Assembly (NCBI GenBank): GCA_035084275.1
Contig: CM068747.1
Coordinates: forward strand, 7,874,001-7,938,000
Length of the DNA stretch: 64,000 bases
Source: Hydrolagus colliei
Lineage: Eukaryota
Direction: 5' to 3'
Positions 12,881-25,913 of the stretch are shown here, piece after piece. The position numbers and the translations under genes were made by a program. Position 1 is the first letter of the stretch. The number at the start of each line of letters is the position of its first letter. The notes beneath the pieces are model-generated. The model made no database searches. It saw only the letters and a program-made list of their open reading frames with translations, and had not been told where the DNA came from.

Positions 12881-14853
12881 TCAGAGAGCTTTATGCAAAA
12901 TACTTTCCACATAAGAGTTTTATGGGCTTCTTTTCATATTAAATTGCTAAATTTCTTTCTGTTTTCTAGATAAAGACACATCCAATCTTTTCATTCCCCT
13001 GCAGGGGGCGTGATTGAGACACAGAACATTTAACTGCTGAGAGCAAATAAGAATTACATTAGTTTCAAAAAGAAAATAAGTGACCAGAATCAATCATACA
13101 TGATACATTACAGCCGAGTTAATGGCAAGAAATCAAATGGGGTGAGTAATCTTACATCAAAATGCAGAATGAAATGGACTTTTTGCAGCAATGTACTGTA
13201 GTAAGAATGACTAACTACTTTTAGTCATTATAGTAGCCCACAATTGCACTCTTAATTCGGAATTAATCCTTGTATTTATTTTTACATAAATTATCCAATT
13301 ATGCCACTACAGTTTTTACTTTTGGGCTACAAATTTGGAGGATGGATTTCAATACTAAAGCTTGCCTTTAATTTCCCTTTCAATTATGCAAACTCGCACA
13401 AGTTCTGAATGAGCAAACTACAAATGTTAGCAATTCCCCCCTTCCCCCAGCACCCTGCTCCCGCAGCACATTTCAAGCTAATTGCACATTTTTTGTTTGT
13501 GTTTTTGTCTTCCTTCACTCCATAAACATTTATAGGACTGCCTGTGGTTCCACTGTAAACCTGTGTGGAGAAACTAAAGAAAACACCTGCTGGGCTTTGA
13601 AGTAGACAGATTAATGACTGAGCCCCTCGTGCTTTGAACTATGTACAGGGCAATTTGTAATCTCGCTGAGCAGTCCAGCTCATTAGAGATAAAACAGGCG
13701 CCTCTTTTTTTCACAGAGCTGAAATATAGGTTTTATTAGCTCACTGTTTGTAGAAAAGTGACTGTGTTTTAACTAAAATCTATTGACATTTATATTATAA
13801 CATGCTCTTTGTAGAATCCAGACCCAGGCAATTTATAGTAACTACACTGAAACTTCCTTCTCAGTTGTAAATGACAACAATCTCTCCTTTTTTGGTGGGT
13901 GTTTAAAGCATAATGAATGCTATTCCTGCGAGTAGGTTTGATAAATGTGGGATGCGCCAATGTTGTTACAGAATGCTCAGCTCTTTTAAGTTTTCTAATA
14001 AACAAGACCTGATTTTCTTTACTTTTCTACCTAAGATCTACCAGTTCATCTTTATAGTCTCTCCGGAATCTGTCTACTTACATCAAAGCCATGTATGCAA
14101 ATGCGCAGAAATCGCATTCCCTACAATAATTGTGTCACTCAGCGTCAATTTCTCCAGGAACCCAACCCCCCATTAACACATTACTAATCAGGAATCAGGT
14201 AGTGGTCTTCACACAAGGTCAAAGATCTAGCCATAACAGAGTTGAAATATGGAGTTCACTAATGAACTCCTTTCATTGATTTCTGGTACAATATTTTCCT
14301 TCCAAACTCCAGAATCTGATTTGACCACTTTAAAGACCTTTGATATTCTATCTTCTGATTTGTTCTTCAAATGAATCAACTTGCAATAGCAAAATAATGG
14401 GATTAGTGTAGAATAACAGGCCTTCTCATTTAGGAGTGTGTTTCTTTCCTTTTTTGGACAGAGGGAAATTTTAACATTTTCTTTCTTCCTTTCCATGAAA
14501 GCTCCTGTTTGATTCTGCTCTGCTGTAGGAAAGGCACTTGGCAGGTCAATTAGATCGAAGTTTAAAGACTTATCAGAAAACAGCTCTGCATTTCATACAA
14601 ATTAATGATATCACTGACATTGGGAGTCTGGGAGTCCTGTTCCACCTGCACAGATAGATTCCACTGATTAACATTACCTGCTTTATTGAACTCTATGGTT
14701 AATGGCACGGCCTTTCATCTACAACATAAAATGAGCTCTCTTGCAAATATGTTGCTTTCTGCTTCCCAAAGGTTTCAATTCAGTGAAGCATGTCCCATCT
14801 AGAATTGCAACCAAACAGAAAGTCCCTCTGGGGGATAAGGACTACCAAATATT

Positions 14854-15162
14854 GGGAGTCCTCAGTGGTTAGAGCACTCGCCTTACAAGCGTGAGACCTG
14901 TGTTTCGAATTCAGTCGGGTCAGGGCGAAACCTTGGGCAAGTTTCCTTACTCCACACTAATAATAATCCCTCCAAAAAAAACTTATTATAAAATTGTTCA
15001 TTTCAATCCACGAATGTTTGTGGGACACTGCTGTGCTCAATTGGCTGCCGCGTTTTGCTCACAAATATATAGTCAATTCACTTTACAGTATATTCTGTGA
15101 AGCGCTTTGAGACATCTAGAAGACGTGAAAAGCGTTATATCAAATGCAAGGATTATTATTAT
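14854..15162 (+). mobile_element. tRNA-derived SINE, full-length short form (TAC loop)
   Basis: gggagtcctcagtggttagagcactcgccttacaagcgtgag...aaatgcaaggattattattat. Confidence 0.93.
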
Positions 15163-16209
15163 CACAAATGCAGTTAATTAGAATTAGTTTGACCTGCTTT
15201 ACTTTCAACTTGTTGTATCTGTGAAAGTCACCAGCAATGTCCCATGTGTCTTTGTATAGCTTTAGATCCACAATTACCCAACCCCCCACCCACCCAAAAT
15301 GTTAAGCAGGTTAACTCTTCTATGGAGTTAAAACATGACTATGTAGCTTCCTCATTATATAGAGACACTCTCTAGTACTTTACACGTCAGCAGAAACAAA
15401 ATGTTCAGATGAGTCTCCTTAAAAGACGGAGGCATCGCCCACAGGAACACAACAGAACAAGCGACCCAATTTAAAGGGAATATAGTTTATTCATATAAAC
15501 ACAGATCTAATGAAATCAAAAGCCTAGAAAGATCCCAAAGAGACAATATGTATTATTTAGCTGGGTGTCAAAACAAATGTATAACCCTAAATGTAAAGCT
15601 TATTAACTTCCTGTGAAATGTAATGTATGTAATTCAGTGGGCATTTGCCATTTGTTAATTTTTCTGAAATATTATAACAGCTAACAAATCAATACCCTTC
15701 ACAAATAATGAACTTCAATTCTAGTTTCAAGTAATATGTGATAACAGTAGATGAATATCTCCTCAATGGCACAACATTGGAATTGGTTATTGTACTGGTC
15801 TCTTGCCCTTCTCAGAGCACTAGTTGTGTACCTGAAATGCTATGAACCAGAGAATAAGAAAGCCATAAGCTAATGAAAAAATGCTTGTTTAGTGCTGCAT
15901 CAGATCTATCTCGGGTACACAGGCACCTGCAGAAAATAAATTCAATGATACAATCATTTGGAGGAGACACACACACACAAAGCCATAGTCTTTTAGTAGT
16001 TTTGTATAACAACTATTTTACTTGTAGTTTAACAAGTATAAAATAGAATAAAACTGACAACGTGGCTTTTTCTTGATAAAGCTTAACAGCCAGTATAAGT
16101 TAATAAAAGTCAAACATGCTGGAGTTCTGGTTTTGATGGGACTGCCTATGACTGATAATTATTAAAAAGCAAACTACATTGATGAGAAACAACAGTTCTC
16201 TTCTTATCT

Positions 16210-16358
16210 CAAATGATCCAATTTTTATTATTGTGGTTTTTTTTGGACGGATTATTATTAGGCATGTGGAGTAAGGAAACTTGCCCGAGGTTTTGCCCTG
16301 ATCTACCTGAATTGGAACACAGGTCTCTCGCTTGTAAAGCGAGTGCTCTAACCATTGC
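16210..16358 (-). mobile_element. SINE 5' half
   Basis: ggcatgtggagtaaggaaacttgccc...gcgagtgctctaacca. Confidence 0.88.
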
Positions 16359-16563
16359 TAACTACTAAATAAATAAGTTATACGGAAAACAAAACATATG
16401 ATGCACATGTATAATAAAACTGGAATCAGTTTCTGGACAATAAAGGTTAAAGTACGTAGGCAAGTCTTATCTTTCATTTACATTACATTCTTCCAGACAA
16501 AAATGTACCGCTTCACATGTCGTAATTCCGGGCACAGATCTGCTTGTGCTACACAACACATAC

Positions 16564-16830
16564 CTGTCTGAAAAGAAGTTCCTGTTGTTGCTCTGCGTGT
16601 CTTTTTCGTTGCTCCAGCTCTCGCTGCTCTTCATCATCATCATCACCATCACTCTCAATGGGTTCCTGTTTCACCTGTACTATCTTCTTCAGGGCTGCAG
16701 ACTCGCTTTGGTTGGTGTTCCGCTCGGAGTACAGCTCGTCAGGCATCGCCTGGTGTTCTCGGAGTTCCTCCTCAGTTTCTTCTGGATGACTTTCATGCTG
16801 CCTGGTCTGTTCATTGGGCTTTGGAATAAG
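16564..16830 (-). CDS. HDAC4: HDAC4 exon, 267 nt: LIPKPNEQTRQHESHPEETEEELREHQ...VQVKQEPIESD...QELLFRQ
   Basis: Acceptor tttaacag|CTT, donor CAG|gtatgt; SUMO motif VKQE. Confidence 0.96.
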
Positions 16831-17162
16831 CTGTTAAAGGTGTGTATGGTGGGTGGAGGGTGGAAGAGAGAAAAGACAGAGAGGAAGTAAAATAAATAGG
16901 TTTGCCAAATAACAAAACTGCAATAGTCAGTTTATTACAAATGCATCTGGTCAAAAATCTTACATTGCTTAAAAGAACAAGTTTAGTGTGAGAAATGGGA
17001 GGAGGGACCACGAGCAAGAAGAATGACTGGTTTTCCCCTCCCTAATACTGGACCAGGGCTAAATGAGTCCAGAAAATCGGGATTCAAAGCTGTAAGCTGC
17101 CTACGCTTCAACTGCAGCTCTGTCCACTATATTACTGGTCGTTTCTGAATTCAGATGCAAAC

Positions 17163-18025
17163 AAATAATAATCCTTGCATTTGAGACATCTCAAAGCACT
17201 TCACAGAATATACTGTAAAGCAAATTGACTATATTTTATGAGCAAAAAGCAGCAGTAGTGCCCCATAAACAGTCGATGATTGAGTAATTTTTTTTATTTT
17301 TTAAGGGAATATTACTTCCAGGCAAGCGATCCGCCAATCAACTAAAAACTTGCCCAACGTTTCAATAACATTTTTATCGTTTATTGTTTTGTCCTCCCGA
17401 GGAATCAAACCCAGATCCTCTCTTTCACAAGGCAAGTGCTCTAATCACTGAGCTATAGTACTATACAAATAAACTTAAGTCCCATTCAAATCAATGAGTC
17501 GCATATTTTCTGACTGTGTAGTTTCTGTTGCATTACTCAAAATATACCTAAGCTCCTAATTTAGTAAAGTAAATCAACTCTTGTCGAGAATCTCTATATT
17601 TATAAGAATCCTTACATTTGACATAGCATCTTATCATGTCTTTAAGCTAATAAAATATAATAATTCTTGCATTTTGATATAGCACTTTCACATCTTTCAG
17701 ACGTCTTAAAGTGCTTCGTAGAATATACTGTAAAGTGAATTGACTGTATACTTATGGGCAAAACTTGGCAGCCAATTGCGCAAAGCAGCGACCCACAAAC
17801 AGTCGTGGACTGAGTGACCAAATTATTGTTTTGTTTTTCTTGAGGAATTATCAGGCATCTGGAGTAAAAGAAATTTGCCCACGGTTTTGCCAGGAATCAA
17901 ACGCAGGTCTCTTGCTTGTAAGGCGTGTGCTCTGACCACTGAGCCACTGAGGATTCCACAAAATGTTCCAAAATGCTTCACAGAATATACTGTAAAGTGG
18001 ATCGACTGTATATTTTGTGGGTGAC
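17163..18025 (-). mobile_element. Cluster of SINE copies (~17163-17462, and ~17658-17958 nested in an older copy spanning ~17603-18025)
   Basis: Three family tails, two heads; body sequence resumes after the inner head. Confidence 0.85.
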
Positions 18026-21000
18026 ATTTTACTGGTAGAATATAACACACACTTGCATTACTTGAAATAAAGTGAAATCAAACTAATGGAGGATTTAAAA
18101 ATCACAATATTTCAATTAGTCACTTCTAACATAGAACAAAATGCCACACTGCAATTGAGGAAGGTTAAGAGTTCGGAGGCTGCGTGAATTTTTTTCAGAG
18201 AAATAATAAAATCATTCACATGGGGTGTACAATCTTAGGAAAGCAGATTGTACAGTGGTAGCCTTAGGAAAAGTCAAGTGATGCTTTGGAAAGGAACAGT
18301 GTCGAGGTAGGACTGAAATCCGACGAAACGTACATGACCATATTGTTGACCATCAGCCTATTCTGGAGGTGCCATTACCTGTGTGGTGTAGTTAAGGTCC
18401 ATTAAAGTTAAATTAATCACAAGAATTTTTTTTTTAAATTTGGAGCAATGGGTACAGCAAATAAATTAGCTTCACCATACAATACAAACACAGATATTCA
18501 GAAACTGATGAACATCACCAGAAAAATGTAGCTCATTCAGTTTAAGATCAAATTCATGCTAGAAAATCAGTGATGGCAAAAATAGTTGGTATTTAATCAA
18601 TAAAAAATCACTTAAACGGTCTAATGTAGAGTACACTGGAACCTCTTCTTTGTGATCTTGCAAACCTTGAGAATATCAAGAGAGAGAATATCTTCTAAAG
18701 AAACAAATCATCTTAAATTGAAGATTGAAGGCATGCAATTAATCTGCCTTACACACTGCAAGTAAATACACAGTTACAATACACACTAAAAGCAGAAGTA
18801 CATATTAGAGACAGTTAGCACAACACTAAATTTGAAATAATTAGTTAAAATGTTAAAACGCTGTACTCAGAAACTGAAGTGAAACTGGACGCCAAACTGG
18901 CAAGTGTAAAATAATTCCAGTTTCAGACGTAAGAGCAAACGTTTAATATTCAAAAAAGTTTGCTTTTATTGTCCAAGTACTTGAATGAATGCTTTGCCCT
19001 GCTGACATAAAATATTCCCATTCTTTTGAGGAGAAATTAGAACAAAAGTTTTGTTAACTGTACATTCCTAGCCACAATCACAACCGGGGCACTGAACCCT
19101 ACACAGACAGTTCATTGTTCAACACTTGCAGTTGAGTTTTTAGGTTTAAACCTAGGAGAATTTGCCTAATGTTCTTTAATGAACAGGCTGAATTGCTTCT
19201 GAGCAAGCTTTTGAGCACTTGCACAAAATAACTTTCTGGGGTGCCTATTTTACAAGCAATAATCTCCAGCATCATTCACCATAACGTGTAAAGATGTTAA
19301 TGTTTTCTGGCTTTCATCCTTACAGCAATCCTCTGCTCTTTGCCCTTTAGCTCTGCATCTGATTTGCAAGAGCCCAGAGAAGAAGAGCAGAGGTCAGCAC
19401 TGTGACTGCAAAAACTGCACATTCCTCAAATTGATCCTATACTCAAAATCCTGGGATATCTACACAGAAAATAGCATACGGACAACCATCATGCTTCCTA
19501 AATTATGATGAAGAGATCAGGAGGACAGGGAGAAGAGGGAGAAAACAGAGCAACTGAATATTTAAATAACCAACATGGTTTTAAGGGCTCAAAGCATTTA
19601 TGATAAGAGATTTGAATCTAGCTGATTTGTTCAGAGCAGAATCTTTAATGAAATGCTTTGTTCTTTACTGTGATATAAAAAAAACTCAAGTTAGTTTATT
19701 GTTAATTGGAGACAATAGTGAATTCAGTAGGTGTGGCTGACATTAAATGTGCAAAACACAGGTACTTGGGTCAACAGTCAGCAGAAGGAACTATCTAAAG
19801 GGTTAGTGATCACATTACCTAAGCACAATTATTTTCATTTTATGAACTGCCAACGGCAATTCTTCTCAGACTGCATTACTGTATATCTGAACTCTAATGA
19901 TAAGTCAATTTCTGATATAATGCATGCATAGTGTCAACTCTTCCTATTTTGGATAAAGACATTTGAGGTATAAAAACCTGCCTACTCATAATGGGTTAGC
20001 TGTGTCTTTGAGCTATCAGGTTCAGGAAATTAAACTCCTTATTATTTATGGGATAACAGATAAGAGCAAGTCGTAAGGACCCAGCACATCTCCTTACACC
20101 CCCGCGATCAGCATTTAATGTGCAACCACAAGGCACAGCGTCACTGGAAAGTTTACCGTGTTATTTCCTACAAAGCTCTTACGTTTGTCAGCAAAGTGAA
20201 AATGCAGTGCAGAGATCAGCTACCAGGACTCCCACATATCTGACCCTTCACAATCCAATAAGTCCTCCCTTCCTCTGTCTTCAGCTTCAAATACTGTTTA
20301 TATGATCCTGACCTGAAGAAAACACCAATTACTCAATGGAGAGTCATGAACAGGACTCAGGCATTTCCACCTTATAGGGTAAAAGTGTGTGTATATGGAC
20401 ACACTCAAGACATATCAGCAGAACCCCCTGCAGTGCATCACAGGCCAATGGTAATAAAAATATTTAGACCCAGCTGACCGATATGAGGAGATAAACACCA
20501 GGCCCTGATGTCCGCCAGACAAACCGAGAGAACATCGACGGACCTGGAGTCGCAGCACCTGGAGGAGAAGTAGATTTGTGTGTCATCCACATATGTTTAC
20601 CACATGTCTGAGGATGACATCGCCAAGAGGAAACATGTAGATGAGGAAGAGGGGGCCAAGGATGGAGCAATAGGTGACTGGGCAGGGGTGGGAGGAGAAA
20701 AGGTTTGAGGAGATAAAGTGAAGATGCCAGATTGTTAGGTAGCAATTGGGGTCTGACTATGGTGGATGAGGATAGTGTGGCTGATTGTGTTGAACGCGGC
20801 AGAGAGGTCCACCTGAACAAGCGGACAAGACCTGGTTTTAAACATCTCCTTTGACTATATGACATTCTCTCCCCCCGCACCCCCACCCCAAAAAAGAATG
20901 TCAACCACAGTCTCTGAACCAAATTATTCCAGCTTCCATACTGTACAACCAGTGTTAAATGTAAAACAGCCACTTGAAGGTTTTTTTTAATGCATTGTTA

Positions 21001-22099
21001 CTCATAACAATGTCAGCCTGGTGCAGTGGGTGCACTCTGACCTCTGAATCAGAAGGACATTAGTAATGGAAATGAGAAAATTCCACAGTAAGGGTGGGGG
21101 AAGTTTAAAAATGTAAAAGTCAATCTGTAATGTAAAAGCATTGAGCATTGAGGCGGTAAATCAATTTAGCAATCCTAGGAATATTGTGAACTAAAAAGAG
21201 AAATGCTCAATCTGAATGAACACAAACCCTTGAGAATGTATTACGCTGCCAGATATTATATATATTAAACCTATCACCATTGTTAGATGCGAAAGGGGAA
21301 CATCAATATTTTTTAAACATGTTAATGTTTCTGATTTTCTGAGTACGGAACAGGCTGTGCAACACTGGCAAGGGCAAAATAAAGAAGCTGGTAAAGCCAG
21401 TACTAAAGGTATAAGGCACTGGAATGGTGAAACAATACAATTGTGTTTCAAAACAGAATACAGGTAAATAAATATACTTAACACTATGTCACATTAAAAT
21501 CAATGGGTTGTGAACGCAACATTCGTTGGGACGTCGGATTTCATAATAGTGAGTTCTTTTGAAATAATCCAAGTTCCACATATAGTTATTTTAAGAACAA
21601 GGCCACATCAATGCACTGACGAAATGACAGGAAAAGACAATTCTTAAAATGCCAGCAGTGAATACTAATTATTAACTGTGTCACAGCAGACGCAAACAAG
21701 GCTATACAGTTTCCTTGACAACCACAGGACCAGACCACATGAATAGTTCTGTTTTATGTGGTCAACAGTAGGCGTCTGCAGAGCCCTTTGGCAGATGTCC
21801 AGAAGTACACGATTGACGTCAGAAGGTTGTGCAATCAGCTCATCTTGGCTCTAGTCTATAAACAATGAACAAGTACTGGATAACCCATGCAATGCATTTG
21901 ATATTGTCTTTGTAAACGAAGGTCTGAAATCAAATATAGATGATGAAATCCTCAGCAAGAAAACCTAAGCAGAACAGCAACAATACAGTAAATCCTACAT
22001 TTTGTTCACTGGTAGCACATTTGGTATGTGGACGGCAAAATCTACAGCACCGACCAAAACACATGCTGATGGGGCTGGCCACCTTCGTGTAATTTGATG

Positions 22100-22415
22100 T
22101 GTAGTGTAATGGTTAGCACATTTGCCTCGCAAGTGTGAGGGCTTGGGTTTGATTGCTGAGCAGGTGAAATCTTTGGCTAGTTTCCGTACTCCGCATGGCT
22201 CTTGTTTACCTGGCAGTAAGTAGGAACCTGGTTGTTTGTCGATAAGCTCACTTTTTGAGATAACAAAAAACACTCAATCCACGACTGTTTGAGGGACACT
22301 ATGGTCTGTAATTGGCAGCTGCACTTAGTCCACAAAACACAGAGTCAATCCACTTTAGAATGCTTTGAGACGTGACAAGTCACTATATCGAAAGCAAGTA
22401 CAGTATTACCATTAT
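22100..22415 (+). mobile_element. SINE, older long form with extra internal segment
   Basis: tRNA-like head, tgtttacctggcagtaagtaggaacctgg segment, family tail. Confidence 0.8.
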
Positions 22416-23714
22416 TCTCATCATTACCACCTGATCATTGGTGTCATGATCGCATCCCATTGTAACTTTGGATGGAATTTAGTTGACTGGGATTTTATGG
22501 ATCCCTTAGGATACATTATAATACAAGTCCTTTAAAATAGAGTAGAAATAGAAAATACTTGTTCCAACTTCCCCTTCACCTTTTCTGAAGGCATTCAACA
22601 CCTTGTTCCTGCAGCTGGGGTACAGTTCCACAGCATTATCTTTCTATCCCACTCAAGAGGCCAATATGCATTTGTAATTTTGAAAAATGCATAGATCTGA
22701 GCATAAGATTATCCCATCTGAGCACTATTCTGTCTTCATTGATACACATGCACCTTCTAAAACAGGGTCTTTGGAGTGTGGTTAGCATAATAACCCTGGT
22801 GGATTGTTTCCTCCTTAATCCAGAGGTGCTGATCCTAAAACAAGATCATCTGACACCAGATTACTGGGGCCATAGACCAAGATTCAAACCCACAATCCTC
22901 TGACTGAGTGCTACCATTGAGTTAGTAATCCAAGTTGCTGGACTGATTAAAGGTGACATTTTATTCCTTTTTTTGAAACAAAGAAAAATCTATGAGAAGT
23001 GCTTATTTTTAATCTACATTTAGAAGAGAAACGAATGATTTGTTGTGTAACAAGTTATGTGAAACTTTTCTTTACCTACATCATGTTCATCTAGTAAATT
23101 GTATTAGAAATAAAGATCAAGGCACAGATACATAGTTGAAGTAATATTACTTGCAACAAATCCTTATTTTGTAGCTCAGGATTGATCCAAAACAATAAAA
23201 TTAAGCAATATGAGCAATATGTTTCAGCTATAAATTACGATTTTCTCCAAGTCTTGGCTAATAACTGTACAGATTTACAATTAGATGTACCCAGTTATTT
23301 TACTAATCCAGTCCTCATAAATCAATGGATACTTGTTCACTGAAGACAAAAGCAAGCCTGAAGAAGTACAATTATTCTCAGTAGAATTCTGCCAAACTGT
23401 GAAAGTAATTGGTGTCATTAGCTGTTTACCCAGATTTCCATTGCAAGTGGAACTGGGATTTCACCCTGCTGAGCAGTCACCCATTCACCAGTGGGTCAGG
23501 AAGCTAGAGGCAGCAAACGCACATCCACATTAATGAGAATGGGATGACTGAGGTTAACCCACCCAGTTCATCTCATGCCTTTGATCCTGCTAACTGCTCT
23601 TTGCTTAAACACTACTGCTGAAGTCTCTGTAATATAAGTGCTATTCTGCAGATTTTATTAATCAGGACTTTCAACTCAAAGACCAGGCTGAAACTCCAGC
23701 ACAGACCAGAGGAC

Positions 23715-23838
23715 TACACTCCTGTGTGCAATTGGCCACATTTCGCCCACAAATATGCAGTCAATTCACTTTACTAAATATTCTGTGAAGCGCTGAGAGA
23801 TGTCTAGAAGACAAATGCAAGGCTTATTATTATTATTG
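23715..23838 (+). mobile_element. SINE 3' fragment
   Basis: tgtgtgcaattggcc...ctgtgaagcgctgagagatgtctagaagac...(tta)n. Confidence 0.8.
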
Positions 23839-23899
23839 TATAACGCCAGAGATGGTGTCCTCCAAACAGCACAAACAACAATAACTTGGGTTGCATCTC

Positions 23900-24130
23900 T
23901 GAGCGAATTGAAGTCCTGCCCGCCTGTTCATGTGGATGTTATAAAGTGGACATGAAAAAACTCAGTAGAGAAGGGAGTTCACCTGGTTTCCTGGCCAGCA
24001 ATCATTAGATAAATTGGTCATTGACTTATTCAATGCTTATAAGATATTGCTGTGCGTAAATTGACTGCTGAACTTACTGACAAATCGTCACTTCGCAACA
24101 ATTATTTTTGAAGCATCTTGACATATTGTC
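23900..24130 (+). mobile_element. Old Deu-domain SINE remnant (AmnSINE1/SacSINE1-like)
   Basis: cctgcccgcctgttcatgtggatg...gggagttcacctggtttcctggcca...gctgtgcgtaaattgactgc resembles the Deu domain as I recall it. Confidence 0.6.
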
Positions 24131-24589
24131 ACTGTATCAAATTAAAAGATTATTATTAAATACCTCATAACATGTCTACAAATGTATTTCAGTAGCTTCT
24201 GTACTATAATTATTATAGCACATAGTCTCCTTGAAAGCGTGCATCTCCAGATAAGGAATACAATATTGTGCATGGCCTTCATTTCATAGAATTACAAGAT
24301 ATTCCATATCCAGATGTCAGTACAACTTTTATAAAATCAGAAAATGTCATTTTCTATTGAAGGAACCAAAATAACATGTATCACATTTCCTTATATAGAA
24401 ATTAAACTATCTTTTGCTGTGAGGTAACAGTTTTTGTTTCACCCAAATGCTTACTGAACAGAATTTCATTGTGGCTGCCAAACTGTTTTTGTTCATTGGG
24501 GTTCAGGCACTCTAAACAGCAAAATTAAGCATTTTATAACCTGCAGAGATAACTACTTGCATTAAATGACATTATGTAACTAGTCATCA

Positions 24590-24830
24590 CTGAGGATGAG
24601 ATGTAAACTGTGGCCGTCTGCCCTTTTATGTGGACGCTAAAACACCCATGGCATTATTGCAAATAAGAATGGTTTCTCCTGGCGGCCTGTCCAATAAAAT
24701 TAGTCACTCACTTTATGGCTATTTGCGGGACATTGCTGTACACAAACTGGCTGCCTCTTTTACCCACAGTACATGCTGTAAAGCAGTTTGAGTTGATGTT
24801 TCAATGTAAAAAACTATATAAAATATAAGT
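24590..24830 (+). mobile_element. Old Deu-domain SINE remnant (AmnSINE1/SacSINE1-like)
   Basis: ggatgagatgtaaac..ggccgtctgccc..gtggacgctaaaacacccatggca..ttctcctggcggcctgtccaata..ctggctgcc. Confidence 0.72.
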
Positions 24831-25457
24831 TATAGCTAAGATGGCTGCAATGGTAAGTTGAATTGCATCTCCTGTATGTGCAGTTAACCATAGAATCTCT
24901 GACTCTGATGTTAAAGGTGGAATAACCAAAGCGAACAGCTCTTGAAAATTTTTGCAACTTCCTTGTGGTTTCTTTGTGAGTTTTGCAATATTTACTTAAA
25001 TGATAAAAATCCAGATAATGTAGAATGTACCCCTTTGTACATTTTACATTATGCCTTATTTACCAATAACACTGAGCACTTAATTTTCAGTTACACTTTC
25101 ATTCACCTTCCCGTTTCCATTGTATGTCAGTACACTGTATGTATTGTAAGGAATACAAAAAGGAACTCTTCATGCAGGACATGTAATAATAAACAGCTGG
25201 CAGTGAGGTGAAGGGTATGATTCAATCTCAAAGTTCTTCTGACTCAAATTGTAGCCTCGTAGTTGACAACCAGATATTCATCATCCCATAGTCAAAAGAG
25301 ACTGTTAACGAACATTCCACGCCGATGTTGGAAAACAATGATTTACAAAGAAATGCAACTGCAGATAATGGATTTATTTAAACTGAACTACATTCACTAA
25401 TTACCTATTAAGGTAGATCTTTTCACACCTTTGTAAATAAGACAGTTTAAACAAAAT

Positions 25458-25590
25458 GGAAAATACTGCAGATGCTGGAAATCTGAAACAAAAACAGAAG
25501 TGGCTGGGAACACTCAGCAGGTCAGGCAGCATCTATGGAGAAAGGAAAGTGAGTCAACTTTTCGGGTCCACGACCCTTTGTGAGAAGGGT
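25458..25590. mobile_element. Penelope-type palindromic repeat remnant (copy 2)
   Basis: aaatactgcagatgctggaaatctgaaacaaaaacag...ctcagcaggtcaggcagcatc...ttcgggtccacgaccct; degenerate hammerhead-like motif on the minus strand. Confidence 0.65.
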
Positions 25591-25689
25591 ACTGTTTAAA
25601 CAGTACTGCTAAGGGGGCTGAACTGGACCAGATGTGACCTGGCACAAGCTGACTCGCCTACTTTGCACAACATCTACTTGAGTACTGAC

Positions 25690-25913
25690 CTTGTTGATGT
25701 GGATCTGTTGCTGTTGGAACTGCTGTTTATGCTTTTCCAGGAACTGCTGATGTTGCTGCTGAATGACCAGCTGTTGCAGGGCCTGTGCATTCTGTGGCAG
25801 TGGTGCTGACTGCGTCCTGCCGAGTGGACGGTGCTGCCTAAGCTTGTGTATGGAAGGTGAAACGCGGTCTGGGCCGACAAGCGACTGTGGGTGAATGGGC
25901 AATGCCCCCAATC
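25690..25913 (-). CDS. HDAC4: HDAC4 exon, 224 nt (239 nt, to 25928, with the alternative acceptor): (G)[40 protein letters not shown]...IHINK
   Basis: Acceptors ctttcag|GA and cttag|AC; donor AAG|gtcagt; S467-equivalent RTQSAP. Confidence 0.96.

Noticed and set aside
16544-16890. Plus-strand ORFs over exons (also at 52979, 56966, 37699, 31639, 9713)
   Set aside because: Antisense shadows of HDAC4 coding exons.
20464-20973. 169-aa minus-strand ORF
   Set aside because: No recognisable domain; overlaps degenerate L2-like sequence; no HDAC4 exon is missing from this intron.
22560-22920. Possible LF-SINE-like ancient repeats (also ~29150-29340 and ~30040-30240)
   Set aside because: Resemblance too faint to support by eye; needs an HMM search.
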